NCBI RefSeq assembly: GCF_018350175.1 | Contig: NC_058368.1 | Location: forward strand, 152,026,001 to 152,090,000 | Direction of reading: 5' to 3' | Source of the DNA: Felis catus | Taxonomy: Eukaryota | DNA: 64,000 bases | Shown here: in pieces, positions 37,007-49,928 of the stretch | How the letters are laid out: each line of letters begins with the position of its first letter | How positions within the stretch are numbered: position 1 is the first letter of the stretch | The notes under the pieces: model-generated | Database searches by the model: none | What the model was told of the DNA's origin: nothing | The model's input: the letters and a program-made list of their open reading frames with translations, nothing else | Program-made: the position numbers and the translations under genes

Positions 37007-37037
<31 letters not shown>
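36620..37037. repeat. Degenerate (TA)/(TACA)-rich low-complexity tract
   Basis: Direct inspection. Confidence 0.9.
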
Positions 37038-37369
37038 CTAAAAGATCTAATTTATCACTAAAACTATGTATTTGGGGTGAGAGAGCCAATATGATTTTTT
37101 TTTTACCCGAGGAAATACATTACATGTGTGATATCATAAATTTCCCTGTACTATTCTTTGTAGGATTTTGCCTACACTAGCTTGTCATAATTGGCATCCT
37201 CTAGATTGCAATTTTGGTTATCATTGGTGATGATAGATATTATTTGGGTTCTAAAGCTTTGATAAATATTTTGACTTAGTGTTTCCATTCATGTTATTTT
37301 TGTTAATTTAAATTAAGTTAATAAATGTATTAAATGTGTGAAGCAAGAGAAAACAGCATTCCATCATTT

Positions 37370-37555
37370 ATTTGCTCAGTGATCTTCAGCAAGTTTCTTA
37401 ATGTCTCTGAAGTTCATTCCTCTCATCTATAAAATGCTGTTGATAATAGTGCCTGGCTGTTAGGGTTGTTGTGAGGAGTAAGTAAATTAAAGATATAAAG
37501 TACTCACAACAGAATCTAGCATATGGTAATTGCTTGATAAATACTATTAGTAGTG
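37370..37555 (+). mobile_element. MIR
   Basis: gcaagtttcttaatgtctctgaagttca...cctcatctataaaatg...gggttgttgtgaggagtaa core. Confidence 0.8.
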
Positions 37556-38299
37556 AAAGCAAGATGGCAACATGTCTTCTCAAACAACACTGTCTCTATA
37601 GGGACCATATAATTTGTCACAAAACTGGACATTTCTAAGAATAACCATGACACAATTAATAATTTCATGAGGACAAAGGTGAAAACCTGAATAATAGGAA
37701 AACTTCTTGTCGTTCAAATTTCATTAGATATGATTTAATTATTAGAAAAAAAGACAAAGTAGAATGAAGTCAGAATAAATTTATAGAACTTTACAACTGG
37801 AAGAGACTTTAGGATCATAGAGCATCATTTTGCTATTTTACAGATAGGCAACTTGAGGCCTAGAAAGCTGAAAAGGATTTAACCAAAATCTTAACGAGAA
37901 ATTGGTTTCTAAATCTGGTAGACAGATGGGTCAGAGTGAAGTGGGTTTGTTGTTATGTGTGTCACAAATTACCTTCAGAAGATAATTTAAAACATTGTTT
38001 TCTTTGTTTTGTTTCCCCTAAGAGCTGACAACAATTAAAGAAAGAACTAAGTTTTTAGCTAAGTAAGGTGGATTTTATTGTTGTGGGTCAGTCCCAGAAA
38101 CAAGATGGATAATGGACAGGAAACAAAAGGAGACGGTGCTATTCAAGGCTAGGTGAACACCTAGAGCTCAATCAGAATCTCTTGGTGCGAGTGCTGGGTA
38201 TATTTTTAAAAGTTTTCAGGTAAATATAATATGCAAACTAAAGACAGGCTTGAAAGGATTCTTTTCCTTTATTAAGGCAATTTGTATGTTAATCTTTTT

Positions 38300-38752
38300 G
38301 TTTTGTTTTGTTAGAACTTCTCCCTATCCCCAACTCCCTACTGAGTTTAAAGCTGATTCTCCCTTCTGTTTGTAGAAACATTACCGGTGGCCTAGGATAA
38401 GCCAACTCCCATGCGGAGAATACCTTATCTACAGAGCATGCTGCAGGAACAGACACAGGACTCTCCTCTGAGTCCAATCAGGACTCTCATGAGGCCAATC
38501 AGAGCCTAACAGGCTGAATTCTAGGGATTGCATTTCCGCTACTGGGCCCATCTCTTTTATTGAAGTAGGGCATTGATAATAATCCTAAAAATGTGCCACT
38601 CTGGAGGAAGTGAAATGCAGAGATGAGTCCACGTCACATTGTACAAACCCCAAACTGAAGCTGCATTTCATACCAGAAAGCTTTCAAGAGCCAATAAATA
38701 GTATTTTGCCTAAATTAGTAAGACCCAGATTTTTGTATCACTTTTAACTCAC
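38300..38752 (+). mobile_element. Old MLT1-like LTR
   Basis: 3' end gagccaataaa...ttttgcctaaattagt...tttttgtatcacttttaac resembles the MLT1 poly(A)-signal region. Confidence 0.45.
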
Positions 38753-38913
38753 CTGTAAATGTACCTAAGTCACCTCATTGGACACTAAGGTTGAGGTCCT
38801 TGCCTATACCGTGGTTGGCATTGGAACCAGAACAGGCCTGGGCCTGAAGACAGAACTCACCAACTAATGGCAAAGAAGAAGGAAAATGAGACAGGACTTA
38901 ATTACAACCAAAG

Positions 38914-39066
38914 CAATGGTTCTCAGCCTGGATGCACATTATTATAGGCCCTGTTGACTTTCAAAAATAGACTCAGCTCCTCCCCTAAAATACTCTAATT
39001 TAATTGATCTGGTGTGGAGCCCACACCTCAGATGATTCTAGTGTGAGGCCCAGCTGAGAACCATTG
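38914..39066. mobile_element. MER5A-like MITE (hAT-Charlie)
   Basis: Perfect terminal inverted repeats gcaatggttctcagc (38913-38927) / gctgagaaccattgc (39053-39067); internal gatgattcta motif. Confidence 0.85.
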
Positions 39067-39149
39067 CCTAGAATCCCAAATCCATTCAGAGAACTTCTCA
39101 CTTCCTGATGACTAATGAGGAGTCCTCTAGCACAGTGAGAAAGAACCCG

Positions 39150-39615
39150 GTTGTGACCTCATATGGGCCCAAGTCTGAATCTTGAAGTGCTTCTTGCCAG
39201 TAAGTTTGTACTTACTGTCTCTTAAGCCCTTGAAACATGAAGTTGGTTTGAGTTTTGCCTCATTATAAATGTATATAATGGGAATTACACGTTCACATAG
39301 CTGTGAAGATTGCATAAAATAAAGTAGCTCTTAACACAGGGCTTGACACATAGTAAGCATTCAAATAATCAGCTGCTGGTGCTGGCGAAGGAAGGAATAG
39401 TTCAAAAGCAGGCTGGCATCAGAACTCTGTACTAAACAACTACTCAATGTGTGGCTTTGGACAAATAATTTTCCATTTCTGAGCTTCAGTTTTCTAAGTT
39501 ATTCAATGATACAGTAAAATGATGCATTGAAATATGTAAATATATATCTTTAGTCAGTTACGTATATCAAATATCATGAGAGTGCCTAGAACACAGTAGT
39601 CATTTAAATCTTAGT
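39150..39615 (+). mobile_element. Two tandem MIR fragments
   Basis: tgacacatagtaagcattcaaataa end and tttctgagcttcagttttct core. Confidence 0.6.
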
Positions 39616-40987
39616 TTGTGGTCTTAGGCTTTTCATAATCATAAATATAAGGAAATCACCACTTTTCCAATTATAGGAATAAAAATTTAAAGTTAAATGA
39701 ATTTGTGAGAGGTTTCACATAAACATGGGAAGCACATGCTAGAAAATTGAAGCCTACCCCCCATTATGGATGAATTCACACTTCTGAGATAAATAATAGG
39801 AATCACAGATTGCCAGTGACAGAAGGTACAAAACAACAGCATTATCAAAGAAATATAGTGCATGAGAAGTTCCACTGACCTTTCCAAAAGAGCAAGATCA
39901 GGATGAAGAGTAAAAAGGAGGTAACAAGGACACTTCTTGCAAATGAATGAGAAAAAAAAACACAGGGTGATTTCTCAGCCAAGCTTTGGTAATGGGTCCA
40001 ATTGAGCTCATTCAGATATAACTATCCCTTACCTCCAAGGTGCTGGACACAGGGAATGGCTGAATGAGTTGATTGCTTCATGAGCAATAAAATACATAAA
40101 TAGAAACATCAGTTCATGACATTTTCCCCTAAGTCCATACTTGTAGGACTGAAACATTGAGTTGCAGCAGTTCTGGGTTCTTGAAGAAAAACATTTTTGA
40201 AGAGTTCACCTTAACTGGGAGCAGACCTGTCACTGCCTGCCTTGTTAGAGCATCTGATAACCTACATAATTAGTAGAGTACTATGAAAATAAATCCAAGC
40301 TTAGGAAGTAGAAGTAGAAAATTGAAAATGGGATAAAAAATAGTGGCAAATAATTATTCATTAAATACTCTGACTCTCCAGAGTGAAATAAAACCAATAT
40401 TGAGCAACACAGACATAATCATGACAGGCAAGTTTTCTGAGATATGGTTAGAAGGTGAGCTTGCTCTCCGGAAGTGGGGTGTCAGCTCCGGATGAAGGTT
40501 AGTGACTTCTCCAGCAGCATTCACAGGAACTCTGGATGTGTCAGCCAGGCCTACATACTCTTTGCACTCACCCTCAAGTCTCAGTTTTGAAATGTGTGAA
40601 AGTCACCAAATTAGACAGTGTCATGTGAGACTGAACATTTTTCTTCTTGTTTTTAATTATTAAAAATTGTAATTGACCTGTATAAGTGATGTCTGTTGTA
40701 TTGCTTAAATAGCTGAGCTCTGTTGCTAACTCCTTTCATTGTTATGTTAACTCCCTTCATTGGATGTTTGCTTCAGTAACCTGAGTGCGACAGAGATGTC
40801 AACTATGAAAAACATAACATTTTTATCCCTGAAACAAAGAATAATTTTTCTGCTGTGTATTTTTTTTCACTGTAGCACCATATGATCTACAAATCTGGTT
40901 TACTTCACTCCTCTGAAAATCTCAGGGATTAGAAATATTCTTGTTCTTTTTTAATTACCTTCCTCATTTCCACATTAAGTTTATCTT

Positions 40988-41203
40988 TTTTTTAATTTTT
41001 TAATGTTTATTCATTTTTGAGAGAGAGAGAGATAGAGCATGAACGGGGGAAGGGCAGAGAGAGAGGGAGACAGAGAATCTGAAACAGGCTCCAGGCTCTG
41101 AGCTGTCAGCACAGAGCCCAACGCAGGGCTCGAACTTACAAACCACAAGATCATGACCTGAGCTCAAGTCAGACGCTTAACCAACTGAGCCACCCAGGCG
41201 CCC
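40988..41203 (-). mobile_element. Can-SINE (SINEC_Fc)
   Basis: Perfect 15-bp TSD taagtttatcttttt (40976-40990 / 41204-41218). Confidence 0.96.
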
Positions 41204-41261
41204 TAAGTTTATCTTTTTAATAATCAATTTGCTTTCAAATTCTGAATTTCTTCATGGCAGT

Positions 41262-41401
41262 AAGAAAATATTGTTGGTGAAGAAGGCTCTATGTGAAGCT
41301 ATGGAAGCTTGATTTATTTTTGTCCATTGAATGAAAGAAAATATTGTTGGTGAAGAAGGCTCTATGTGAAGCTATGGAAGCTTGATTTATTTTTGTCCAT
41401 T
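41262..41401. repeat. Perfect 67-bp direct duplication with a 6-bp spacer
   Basis: 41262-41328 is identical to 41335-41401; spacer gaatga. Confidence 0.95.
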
Positions 41402-42748
41402 CCTCCTCATTTGTACTTCAAGAGGGTTTTTTCTTAATTTCTCCTCAGTCGGTTCATCTTTCTTCCTTCCTATAAACTTTAGGTAAGACAGCTGGATATC
41501 TTGGGATTCTGCATATTCTACATCAGCAAAATTCGAAGTCTGTGCTATGAAAGGGGTGTGATTCTGTTTAATCACAGTGTTACATAACTCTGCAGATTCT
41601 CTAAGGTGTAATGATATTTAGAGGTGACAGTAAAAGCATTACAATTCCACCAAGTGTTATACAGAGAAACTATGCACAGGGAAGGCTGAACTCTTTTAAA
41701 CAGCTAGGAGGAACATAATGAACTTTTTTTTTTCTCTACCCTTTGATTAAACAAAAATAGCTAGTTGAGACTTTGGTCACAAACTTGAGATGCTGTTAAA
41801 ATATACCTATTACACTGACAAATAAATCCTACATACTATTTATGGATGTTCAGTACTTTCATAGAATATACATTAAGTAGGAATGAAAAACACTTAGAGG
41901 GACTCATGTGAAGTAGATATTTTTAGCTCTTATTTGAATAAAAAATAGATGGACACATTTAGGAATGTGGCTAAATTCCTTGCATTATTTTTCCTTGAAA
42001 GAGTTCATAAAGCCCTTTTTCACCATGACATTAGCAACAGAGGTAGTAGTACAAGTAATAGCAGCAGCAGCAGCAGTGTTTAGGTAGTGTTACATTTAGG
42101 TAGTGTTTTTAAAAATAAACATTACTCAACTCATGAAATAGGTTATATCTGAGAAATATTCTGTTACACAGGTAAGAAAAATTATGTCATGGTGAAATTT
42201 AAAGATGAATATAGCATTTTATAAAGCTCTGACTTTATATAAAGTTTCACCAGGAACTCTGAAATTATATGATACTCAAATATACCAGCATGGCTTACTG
42301 GCAGATCTCAAGACATATTACAATACAGTAATTAAGACAGTTGATAGTAGTTAAGTTGTGTTGATGGAAGGGGAGACAATCAGAGCATTAGAACACATTA
42401 AAGAGTCTATAAGTAGACTCACAAATATAAGCACATGACTCATGATGAAGCCACGATACAGAGTAGTAGAGAAAGAATAACATTATCAATGAATAGTACT
42501 GATCTGATTGCGTATCTATATCAGAAAAAAGTAATTCTTGATCCCTTCTTATTCCATGAATGACTACTTCCAAATCATGGATCCAAATGTGAAAGGCAAT
42601 AAACAGTCAAGAATCTAGAAAATACATAGACTAACTTCATCACTTTGAATAGATAAAGATTTCTTGAAAAGGGTTTAGAAAGCCCTTAATCATAATAAAA
42701 AGAGATATAGTCATGGATCTACAGTAAAATTAAAAACTTTTTAAAATC

Positions 42749-42965
42749 GAAGCACCTGGGTGGCTCAGTTGGTTAAGCGTCCGACTTCAGCTCAGCTCAT
42801 AATCTTGCGGTTCATGAGTTCGAGCCACACGTTGGGCTCTGTGCTGGCAGCTCAGAGCCCGAAGCCTGCTTCAGATTCTGTGTCTCCCTCTCTCTCTGCC
42901 CCACCACTGCTCACACTCTGCCTCTGTCTTTCTCAAAAATTAATAAACATTAAACAAATTTTTTT
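42749..42965 (+). mobile_element. Can-SINE (SINEC_Fc)
   Basis: Typical head and body; degenerate TSD aactttttaaaatc / aacttttctaaatc. Confidence 0.92.
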
Positions 42966-43106
42966 AACTTTTCTAAATCAAAATACACCACTGAGAGTAT
43001 GAAAGCAAGCCAGGCAGAAACATTTGTAATATATAAAAATGGCAAAGGACTTGAATACAGAAGAAATGAAGTCTTCTACAAATTAATATAAAAATACAAA
43101 CAACTT

Positions 43107-43325
43107 GGGGCACCTGGGTAGCTCATTCAGTTAAGCTTCAGACTTTTGGTCAGCTCGGGTCATGATCTTATGATCTGTGGTATTGAGCACCATGTGGGGC
43201 TCTGGGCTGATAGCGCATGTGGAACCTGCTTGGGATTCTCTCTCCTCTCTGCCCATCACCCACATTCTCTCTCTCTCTCTCTCTCTCTCCCTCTCTCTGT
43301 CTCTCAAAATAAATAGACATTAAAA
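43107..43325 (+). mobile_element. Can-SINE (older subfamily)
   Basis: ggggcacctgggtagctca head, cctgcttgggattctctc body; TSD aaatacaaacaact. Confidence 0.92.
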
Positions 43326-44848
43326 CAAATACAAACAACTGAATTTAAAAATGGGAAATATACACTTCACAAAATATGATACCCAAATAAGAAAGGGTGC
43401 TCATTCTCATCAATCATCAGGGAAATTCAAATTTACCACAACTGATGCCATTTCACACCAACAGAAAGCTAAAGTTGAAAGAATTGACAATAACCACTGT
43501 TGCTAAGGATATGGAACAACTAGAACTCACATATTTCTTTTGGAAATGTAACTTGGTTCAACTATTTTGGAGAACTACTTAGCACTTTCTACTAAAACTA
43601 AACATACACATACTTGATAACAAACCAATTCCATTCCTATGTACATTTTTTTTCCTTTTAGTTTTTCTTACGTACGTTCTAACTGAATTCATACATTGGT
43701 GTGCTGAAAGACACATTTAAGAATATGTATAGCCCCATTAACAATAGCTCAAAGTAGAAACACACCAAATATACACTACAGCATGGGTGAATTTTGCAAA
43801 CATAATATTGTTCAAAAATGGTGTACATGTAAGTTCAAGACAGGAAAATCTTATAATACTTGAAGTTAGACACTTGGTTACTTCTGAGAGAAGAGAAGAG
43901 TAAGATACTGGTAATATTTTATTTCTTGGCCTGTGTGGCAGTTCCATGGTGTGTCCACTTAGTCGTAATTCATAAATTTGTATATTTTTGATATCTGCAC
44001 TATGTGGCAAGTTACGCTTCAATAAAATAGCTTATTAAATCAAATGTGCATATGAGAAGTAAATTATCTTAAAACTGGAATATAGAATATATATATATAC
44101 CTTAAAACTGGAATATAGAATATAGAATAAATTATACCTAGCATAATTCAACCTCCCTTCAAGAAAAGTGGGAAATTAAAAAGTAGCAAAAAAAATGCAG
44201 TGAAAATGAAATACCAATAGAAATATCAGTACTTGGGATCCTTCTATCAAGAGTGGATTACCAGAGTCCCAGAGTAATGTTATACAAATGTGCTTACATA
44301 TTTTGTTAACCCTTATTGACTTCATGAAGCATGTTGGTATTGGTGGGGTAGGAAAATAGTATCTCCATATCTTACTCATGAGTAAGTTTTCACGTAAATT
44401 TATATAATCCAAAATTCTTTCAACTTTAACATATCATTTATAATCTCTTTTCATTTCAAACTTTCCCAACTCCCATCACTATTACAACTCACATCCATAA
44501 TAAGTACTGAGCGATATTGTTAAGGAATGAGTTTTAGTATTTTTTTTTCTTCAAGATTTCTTTCAAACATATCCTTAGATCTTGGTAAAGTCTTATATAC
44601 CTCCTGAGTAAACCACCACTTGAACTTCTCCCAAGATGGAGATACACCAACATCTTGGAACATAAATGAGATTTTAGCAATATTAAATAAAACTGTAGTA
44701 AGCAATCAAGGAAGAAATCACCTTGTAATCATACCTGGAGAACATGAGGAAGGAAAAAATCTACTTTTACATAATGATTCCCCAATTATGGGACAAAGAC
44801 GTCAAATTCATGGTACTTATGATACTCCCTCAATATGGCACAGCCACA

Positions 44849-45066
44849 GGGCACCTATGTGGCTCAGCCAGTTAAGGGCCTAGCTTCGGCTCACGTCATG
44901 ATCTCACAGCTCATGGGTTTGAGCCCTATGTGGGGCTCTGTGCTGACAGCTCAGAGCCTGGAGCCCACTTCAGATTCTGTGTCTTCCTCTCTCTCCATCC
45001 CTCCCCGGCTCATGTTCTGTCTCTCTGTCCCTCAAAAATAAAGAAACATCAAAACTTTTTTGAAAA
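44849..45066 (+). mobile_element. Can-SINE
   Basis: TSD aatatggcacagccaca / aatatggcacaaccaca. Confidence 0.93.
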
Positions 45067-45586
45067 AATATGGCACAACCACACCCCCCTTCCCAAACAT
45101 AGCAAATATCATTCACTTGTCAGGACCTTTTTTTTCTTTCTGAGTCTATATATGGCATTTGAGTTCTTCTCCACACTACAATGCAGACAGCCTTTAGCAA
45201 TTGTTGGCACATAAATTTAAGTCTGACATCCTAATCTACAGGAGAATTTAAGATTTACTAAATAGGATAGCCATTCTTATAAAATTAGTTTGTTATGGGA
45301 GAAAATTCATAATATTGTAAATTGACACTTCTAGCAAATCCAAGGGAGAGATATGCAGACCAAACAGCTCATGTCTCCTCAATTTGAGAATCTCCCTCTT
45401 AAAACATTATCCAAAACCTTATTTTAGTTTCTCTTGTTGATACTGCTGCTACTTTAGCATTTTGTTTGCTCACAGTTTCCATATCCAAAAACCAGTGCAG
45501 CTGACTTTAGTTTAGTAATTTAGATTAATAATACCTTTATGCACCCAAATTTTTCTGGTCTGCTTAACACAAAATAGATGATTTAG

Positions 45587-45627
45587 TGTTTGTTTGTTTG
45601 TTTGTTTGTTTGTTTGTTTGTTTGTTT
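45587..45627. repeat. (GTTT)n tetranucleotide repeat
   Basis: Direct inspection. Confidence 0.95.
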
Positions 45628-46844
45628 CACAGTTATTTCGTTATCATTCCATGTTAAAACAAACTTTTCAAACTGAAAAAACTTTCAAGAGATTTTATCA
45701 CAAATGACAAAAACAGAAAAAGCTGTTCTTTCACTATGGTGACACACAATATTCATGGCATCTGATACCAGATTAGTCCGAGTCTAATCTACATTTCTGA
45801 ATGCATAAACAGTAAAAGACAAATCTTCAATAATATATCCAGTTAGGATAGTATTCATCAATATCTGCCAAATGACCATGCAATATATCCATTTGTCCAG
45901 GTACCTTCTCATAAAAATCTAACATAAAAAATATCTGAGTATTCTCAAGTTCATCCACACTTAATGATACAGAGAAATATTTAAGATGTATTGGTGCCTA
46001 GAGAAACCCCTTGCTGTAGGAAAAGAAATGGACAAAAAGTGGTCTACTCCACTGTGTTGAAAGGTTAGTGAAATTCTGTGAAATTTTGAATATTTTTATG
46101 ACACTTGCTCTACAAGTAACAAAAGCAGCTCATTTAACAAGCTGATAAATATTTCTTAATGAGCCTGTTTGTATCAAACTGATATTTCTAATTACAATAG
46201 AACAGGGGCATCCTGTTTATAAGAATGTGGGCTCAGAATCCATTTAGACTGTCTTTAAATTCTCAGAAGAATTCTACTGCCATAGCCCAAATGGCTTAGG
46301 GTAAATGCTATGACTCACTGAGGGAAGAATTCAGAAAATGCTAAAATTATAAAAATGTTTTTCCCTCAAATGAGCATCTGAACCTGGCACTGTTGGTAGA
46401 ATTATATAGGATGATTTCTCCTGGGCTCTAGGAACAATAGGCCTCCCCAAAAACTTTTGGGCCTCTAAATTAGGTACAACTTTCTCATTCCTGTTCATAT
46501 TGACTTCCAGCAGTATCCATTTACCATTGGTATACTGACCCACCAAAGCTTGCTTTACATTCAAATGTAAAATATATCTACTCAACACTACAGTTATATT
46601 TGCAGAAGTTGCTTGGCACATACTGTATATGTGGAGATTACAAAGGAGCATATATTCCTCAAACAGTTTATAATATCTTAGAGCTGGCTATGACAGGGTG
46701 TCAAGAGAGAAGCCAGACAAGACTTGAAAGGCTAAAGGGACTCCTATGACCTGCTTCAATGGCTGGGGAGAGCCTAAGATGTAAGGTAGCACTTCAAATA
46801 GGCTCTGATCAAGTATTCCTTGCTATTTATCCCTCACAAAATTC

Positions 46845-47245
46845 CTTGTGGGGATTATTTATGCTACATAAAAGGACCACAAAATCTCTGTGGTTTCCAA
46901 CAACAAGTATTTATTTCTCATTCATGACTTGTATTCACTGTGGGTCAGCTTTATCTCTGCTCTAGGTTCAGAGAGTGTTCTCCCTGGACTCAGGCTGATG
47001 AAGCAGTTGTGAATGAAGCATTGCCTGTCCTTGAGGCAAAGGGAAGAAATAACACTGTGAGTCATGCGCTGGCTCTGAAACCTCCGCTAGGAAGTGGCTC
47101 ATCACTTGTACTGGGATTTCATTTGCTACTGCTAGTTACAGGGCAATGCTTAAGTTGAACAGGGCAGGGTTGTGTAAACCTCCTCTAGGAGGGGGTCTGC
47201 GGGGAGAAACATTGAATACAGACAGAAGTGTTCCAATCTTCCACA
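46845..47245 (-). mobile_element. Old MLT1 (K/L-like) LTR
   Basis: ccacaaaatctctgtggtttccaacaacaagtatttatttctc start and ...caatcttccaca end. Confidence 0.6.
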
Positions 47246-47672
47246 TTCAGTCAAAGTAGTCTGTACTGTAAATTTGCACAAGGTAGAGGAAAGCCAGGAA
47301 TTATTTTAGTCAATTCTATTACATAAGCAAGCAAAGACAGGAATGATAGTTATTGGGCACCTCCCAGGCTAAGTGCTTTACATAATTATTACATAGAATC
47401 ATCTCAACACAGTCAGATGGCATCGGCATCAGCTTTTTGATTTTACAGAGGAAAAAATAACTGTGCTAAGAAATGATAATGTTATAAAGGCCATAAATAT
47501 CCTACTGCAAGTGAATTTGATTCTTTTAACGAGGTATACAGAGAACCATCCTCATCATCAAAAAATATTTATTAAGAACTCATTTATATGTGACAGGAAT
47601 TATGTAGACATAACCCCTTTAAGGTTGACAATCATAGGCATATTTAGTACATGCATACTAGATTATAGAATA

Positions 47673-47860
47673 GGGGTGCCTGGGTAGCTCAGGTGGTTAC
47701 GCATCCAACTCTTGATTTTGGTTCAGGTCATGATTTTATACAGTTCCTGAGTTTGAGCCCTGCATCTGGCTCTGCACTGACAGAGTGAAGCCTGCTTGAG
47801 ATTCTCACTCTCCCTCTCTCTCTGCACCTCCCCACCAAATAAATAAGCTTAAAAAAAAAA
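47673..47860 (+). mobile_element. Can-SINE (older subfamily)
   Basis: TSD agattatagaata / agattacagaata. Confidence 0.92.
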
Positions 47861-49714
47861 AGATTACAGAATAAAACATGAGTACAATACCCAGGTCAAT
47901 GGGAAAAAAATTACAGTCCATAAAACAAAGTAAATATTTATGAAATTTATGCATATATAATAATAATAATAGGAAAAATGAAAAAAAAAACAACCTTTAA
48001 AGTTACCATTACCTTAAAGTTCTGTACTACTGGAGGACAAATGTAGGTGGAATCTCTAAGAAAATGAATATGGTTTCTTAATATTTTTAACTAACTCAAC
48101 AAAAGGGAAAAGGGTAGCATTTGTGTCCTCAACTTTCCTTGTTCTGAGAATCCTAAAACAACAAGGTATTTTTACAACCATGTGCAGGCAAATCCCCAAA
48201 ATCAATCTGGTAATTAATTATTAGGCATGTAAATCTCTATTTTCACAAAATAAATACATTTATTTTTTTAAACTATAATTCTCCATTGGGAATGTTAATC
48301 ATCGACAAATAAGTATTTTCACTTTATTCTCTATGTTTTCTCCCATCTCCATCCTTTTTGTCTACATAATTCAGTCAGTGTCCTCAGCCTCACTTATCCC
48401 CACATAGCCACATTTCTGGTTACACTTTTGACTATCACATCCACAAGATGTTTAACCTCAGCCTGAGTAGTCTGACTCTTTCATCTTCTAGAACCCTGGT
48501 TTTTAAACTTTAGTTTCACAAGTATTACCTAAGGTACTTGTAAGAAGAAAAAAATGAAAAAAGAAGATGCCCTCAGTTCCTTCCCCATTCTGATTCAAGC
48601 TATTCAACATTGAGAGGAGTCTAGGAATCAACTGTTTAAATCAAGCCTCAGGGTGGGGGAATTTGATGAAACTCCCAGGCCACAGAAGGAAAGCTAACTC
48701 TCCACTGCCCCTCTATTCTAATACCATGTTTTGGTGGGTATTTCCAAAGACATTTTATAGCAAATTTTATTATCTCAGGATAGAATTTCTTTTCATTCTA
48801 CACTGTAGGAGTGAATCACTGAAACCTCTTCGAAATTATGCATTTTGGGTTATTGTGACCCAATAAGCTGTGAGAATGTGCATATTCAAGGTGAATTTTC
48901 AGGCTCAAAAAAAAAATAAAGTTTGTGCTTACTGACTATGACAAATATCAGCTGGTGGAAAAGCAAGAAAAATACCATGGAAAGAAACTCAGCACAATGC
49001 AAACAAGCTTAGCTTATAATGAAAAATTCTGATTTGTTCAATATATAATACGAAAATTTGACATAATTTTTGCTCAGAAAAGTTAAAAGGCTATAATGAT
49101 CCTGATATGCATATTTTCAAAAGAAACAACAATTTGGCCTGCACCATTAACATCTGGGTAAGAAGCAGAAAACTTCCTAACCACATCCTTTTATGTGCTC
49201 AACCTCAAACCAAGCTGGCCACCGCTGATGGTCCCCTGATCTACCTTGGTTCCATGTGCTTTCTCCCTTTATTACTTCCCAACTGTTCCTCACTTCAGCA
49301 TGTATGAATCAAGACTATTCCTTAAAACCCAGTTCCAACACTACCACCCATTATATCATCTATATCCCTCCAGCCAGCAATAACCAATTCTTCCAACTTC
49401 CTCTGGAATTTTCTGTCTGTTCTGACATAATTAATCAGTCTTACTTTCATTATAATTATCTTAACTCACAGATACTGATTTTCACTAGAAAACCAGACAC
49501 AAGGATTTATTGATCTTTATATTACTTAGAATGCCTAGTACAGGCAAATAAATATTCCAGTGTTTAGAGAAAAATAGATTAGTGAAGAAAGAAAGCATAT
49601 TAAAATATTTCCATTTCCAGTAGCTTCTCTAACTAGATGTAAAAGGAGATGTAGCAGAAATCCTTAAGAAAACATCTTAATAAAAATGAATAACTATTTG
49701 AATTGTTTTAAATC

Positions 49715-49928
49715 CAATTATCTCAAGCTCAACAATGTTGACATTTTAGAACAAATAATTATTTGCCGTAAGGTGATACCTTGTGCATTGTAAGATTATC
49801 AGCAAGCGTGTTTGGCCTCTATTCATGGGATGCCAGTCACAGCTTCTCTTTCAGCTGTGACAATCAAATATGTCTTCAAGATATTGTCAAATGACCCCTG
49901 GGGGGACAAAATCACTCCTGGTTAAGAA
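49715..49928. mobile_element. MER20 (hAT-Charlie MITE)
   Basis: ttgacatttt...ccttgtgcattgtaagat...gatgccagt...tgtgacaatcaaa...attgtcaaatg.cccctgggggg.caaaatcactcctggttaagaa follows the recalled MER20 consensus. Confidence 0.85.

Larger units (their letters stand above)
42550..44035 (+). mobile_element. Old L1 (L1MD/L1ME-like) 3' fragment interrupted by two SINEs
   Basis: aaggatatggaacaactagaactcacata and caattccattccta motifs; ends ...ttacgcttcaataaaa. Confidence 0.7.

Noticed and set aside
36620..37037. Tyr/Ile-rich ORF or structured repeat
   Set aside because: Degenerate TA microsatellite; the ORF is a composition artefact.
38473..38503. Twin CCAAT boxes as a gene promoter
   Set aside because: They lie within a probable old LTR, with no CpG island or downstream exon support.
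41262..41401. Direct repeats as a CRISPR-like array
   Set aside because: Only two copies with a 6-bp spacer, in eukaryotic context, with no cas genes.
42040..42056. let-7-like gaggtagtag
   Set aside because: The match covers only ~10 nt and there is no precursor hairpin.
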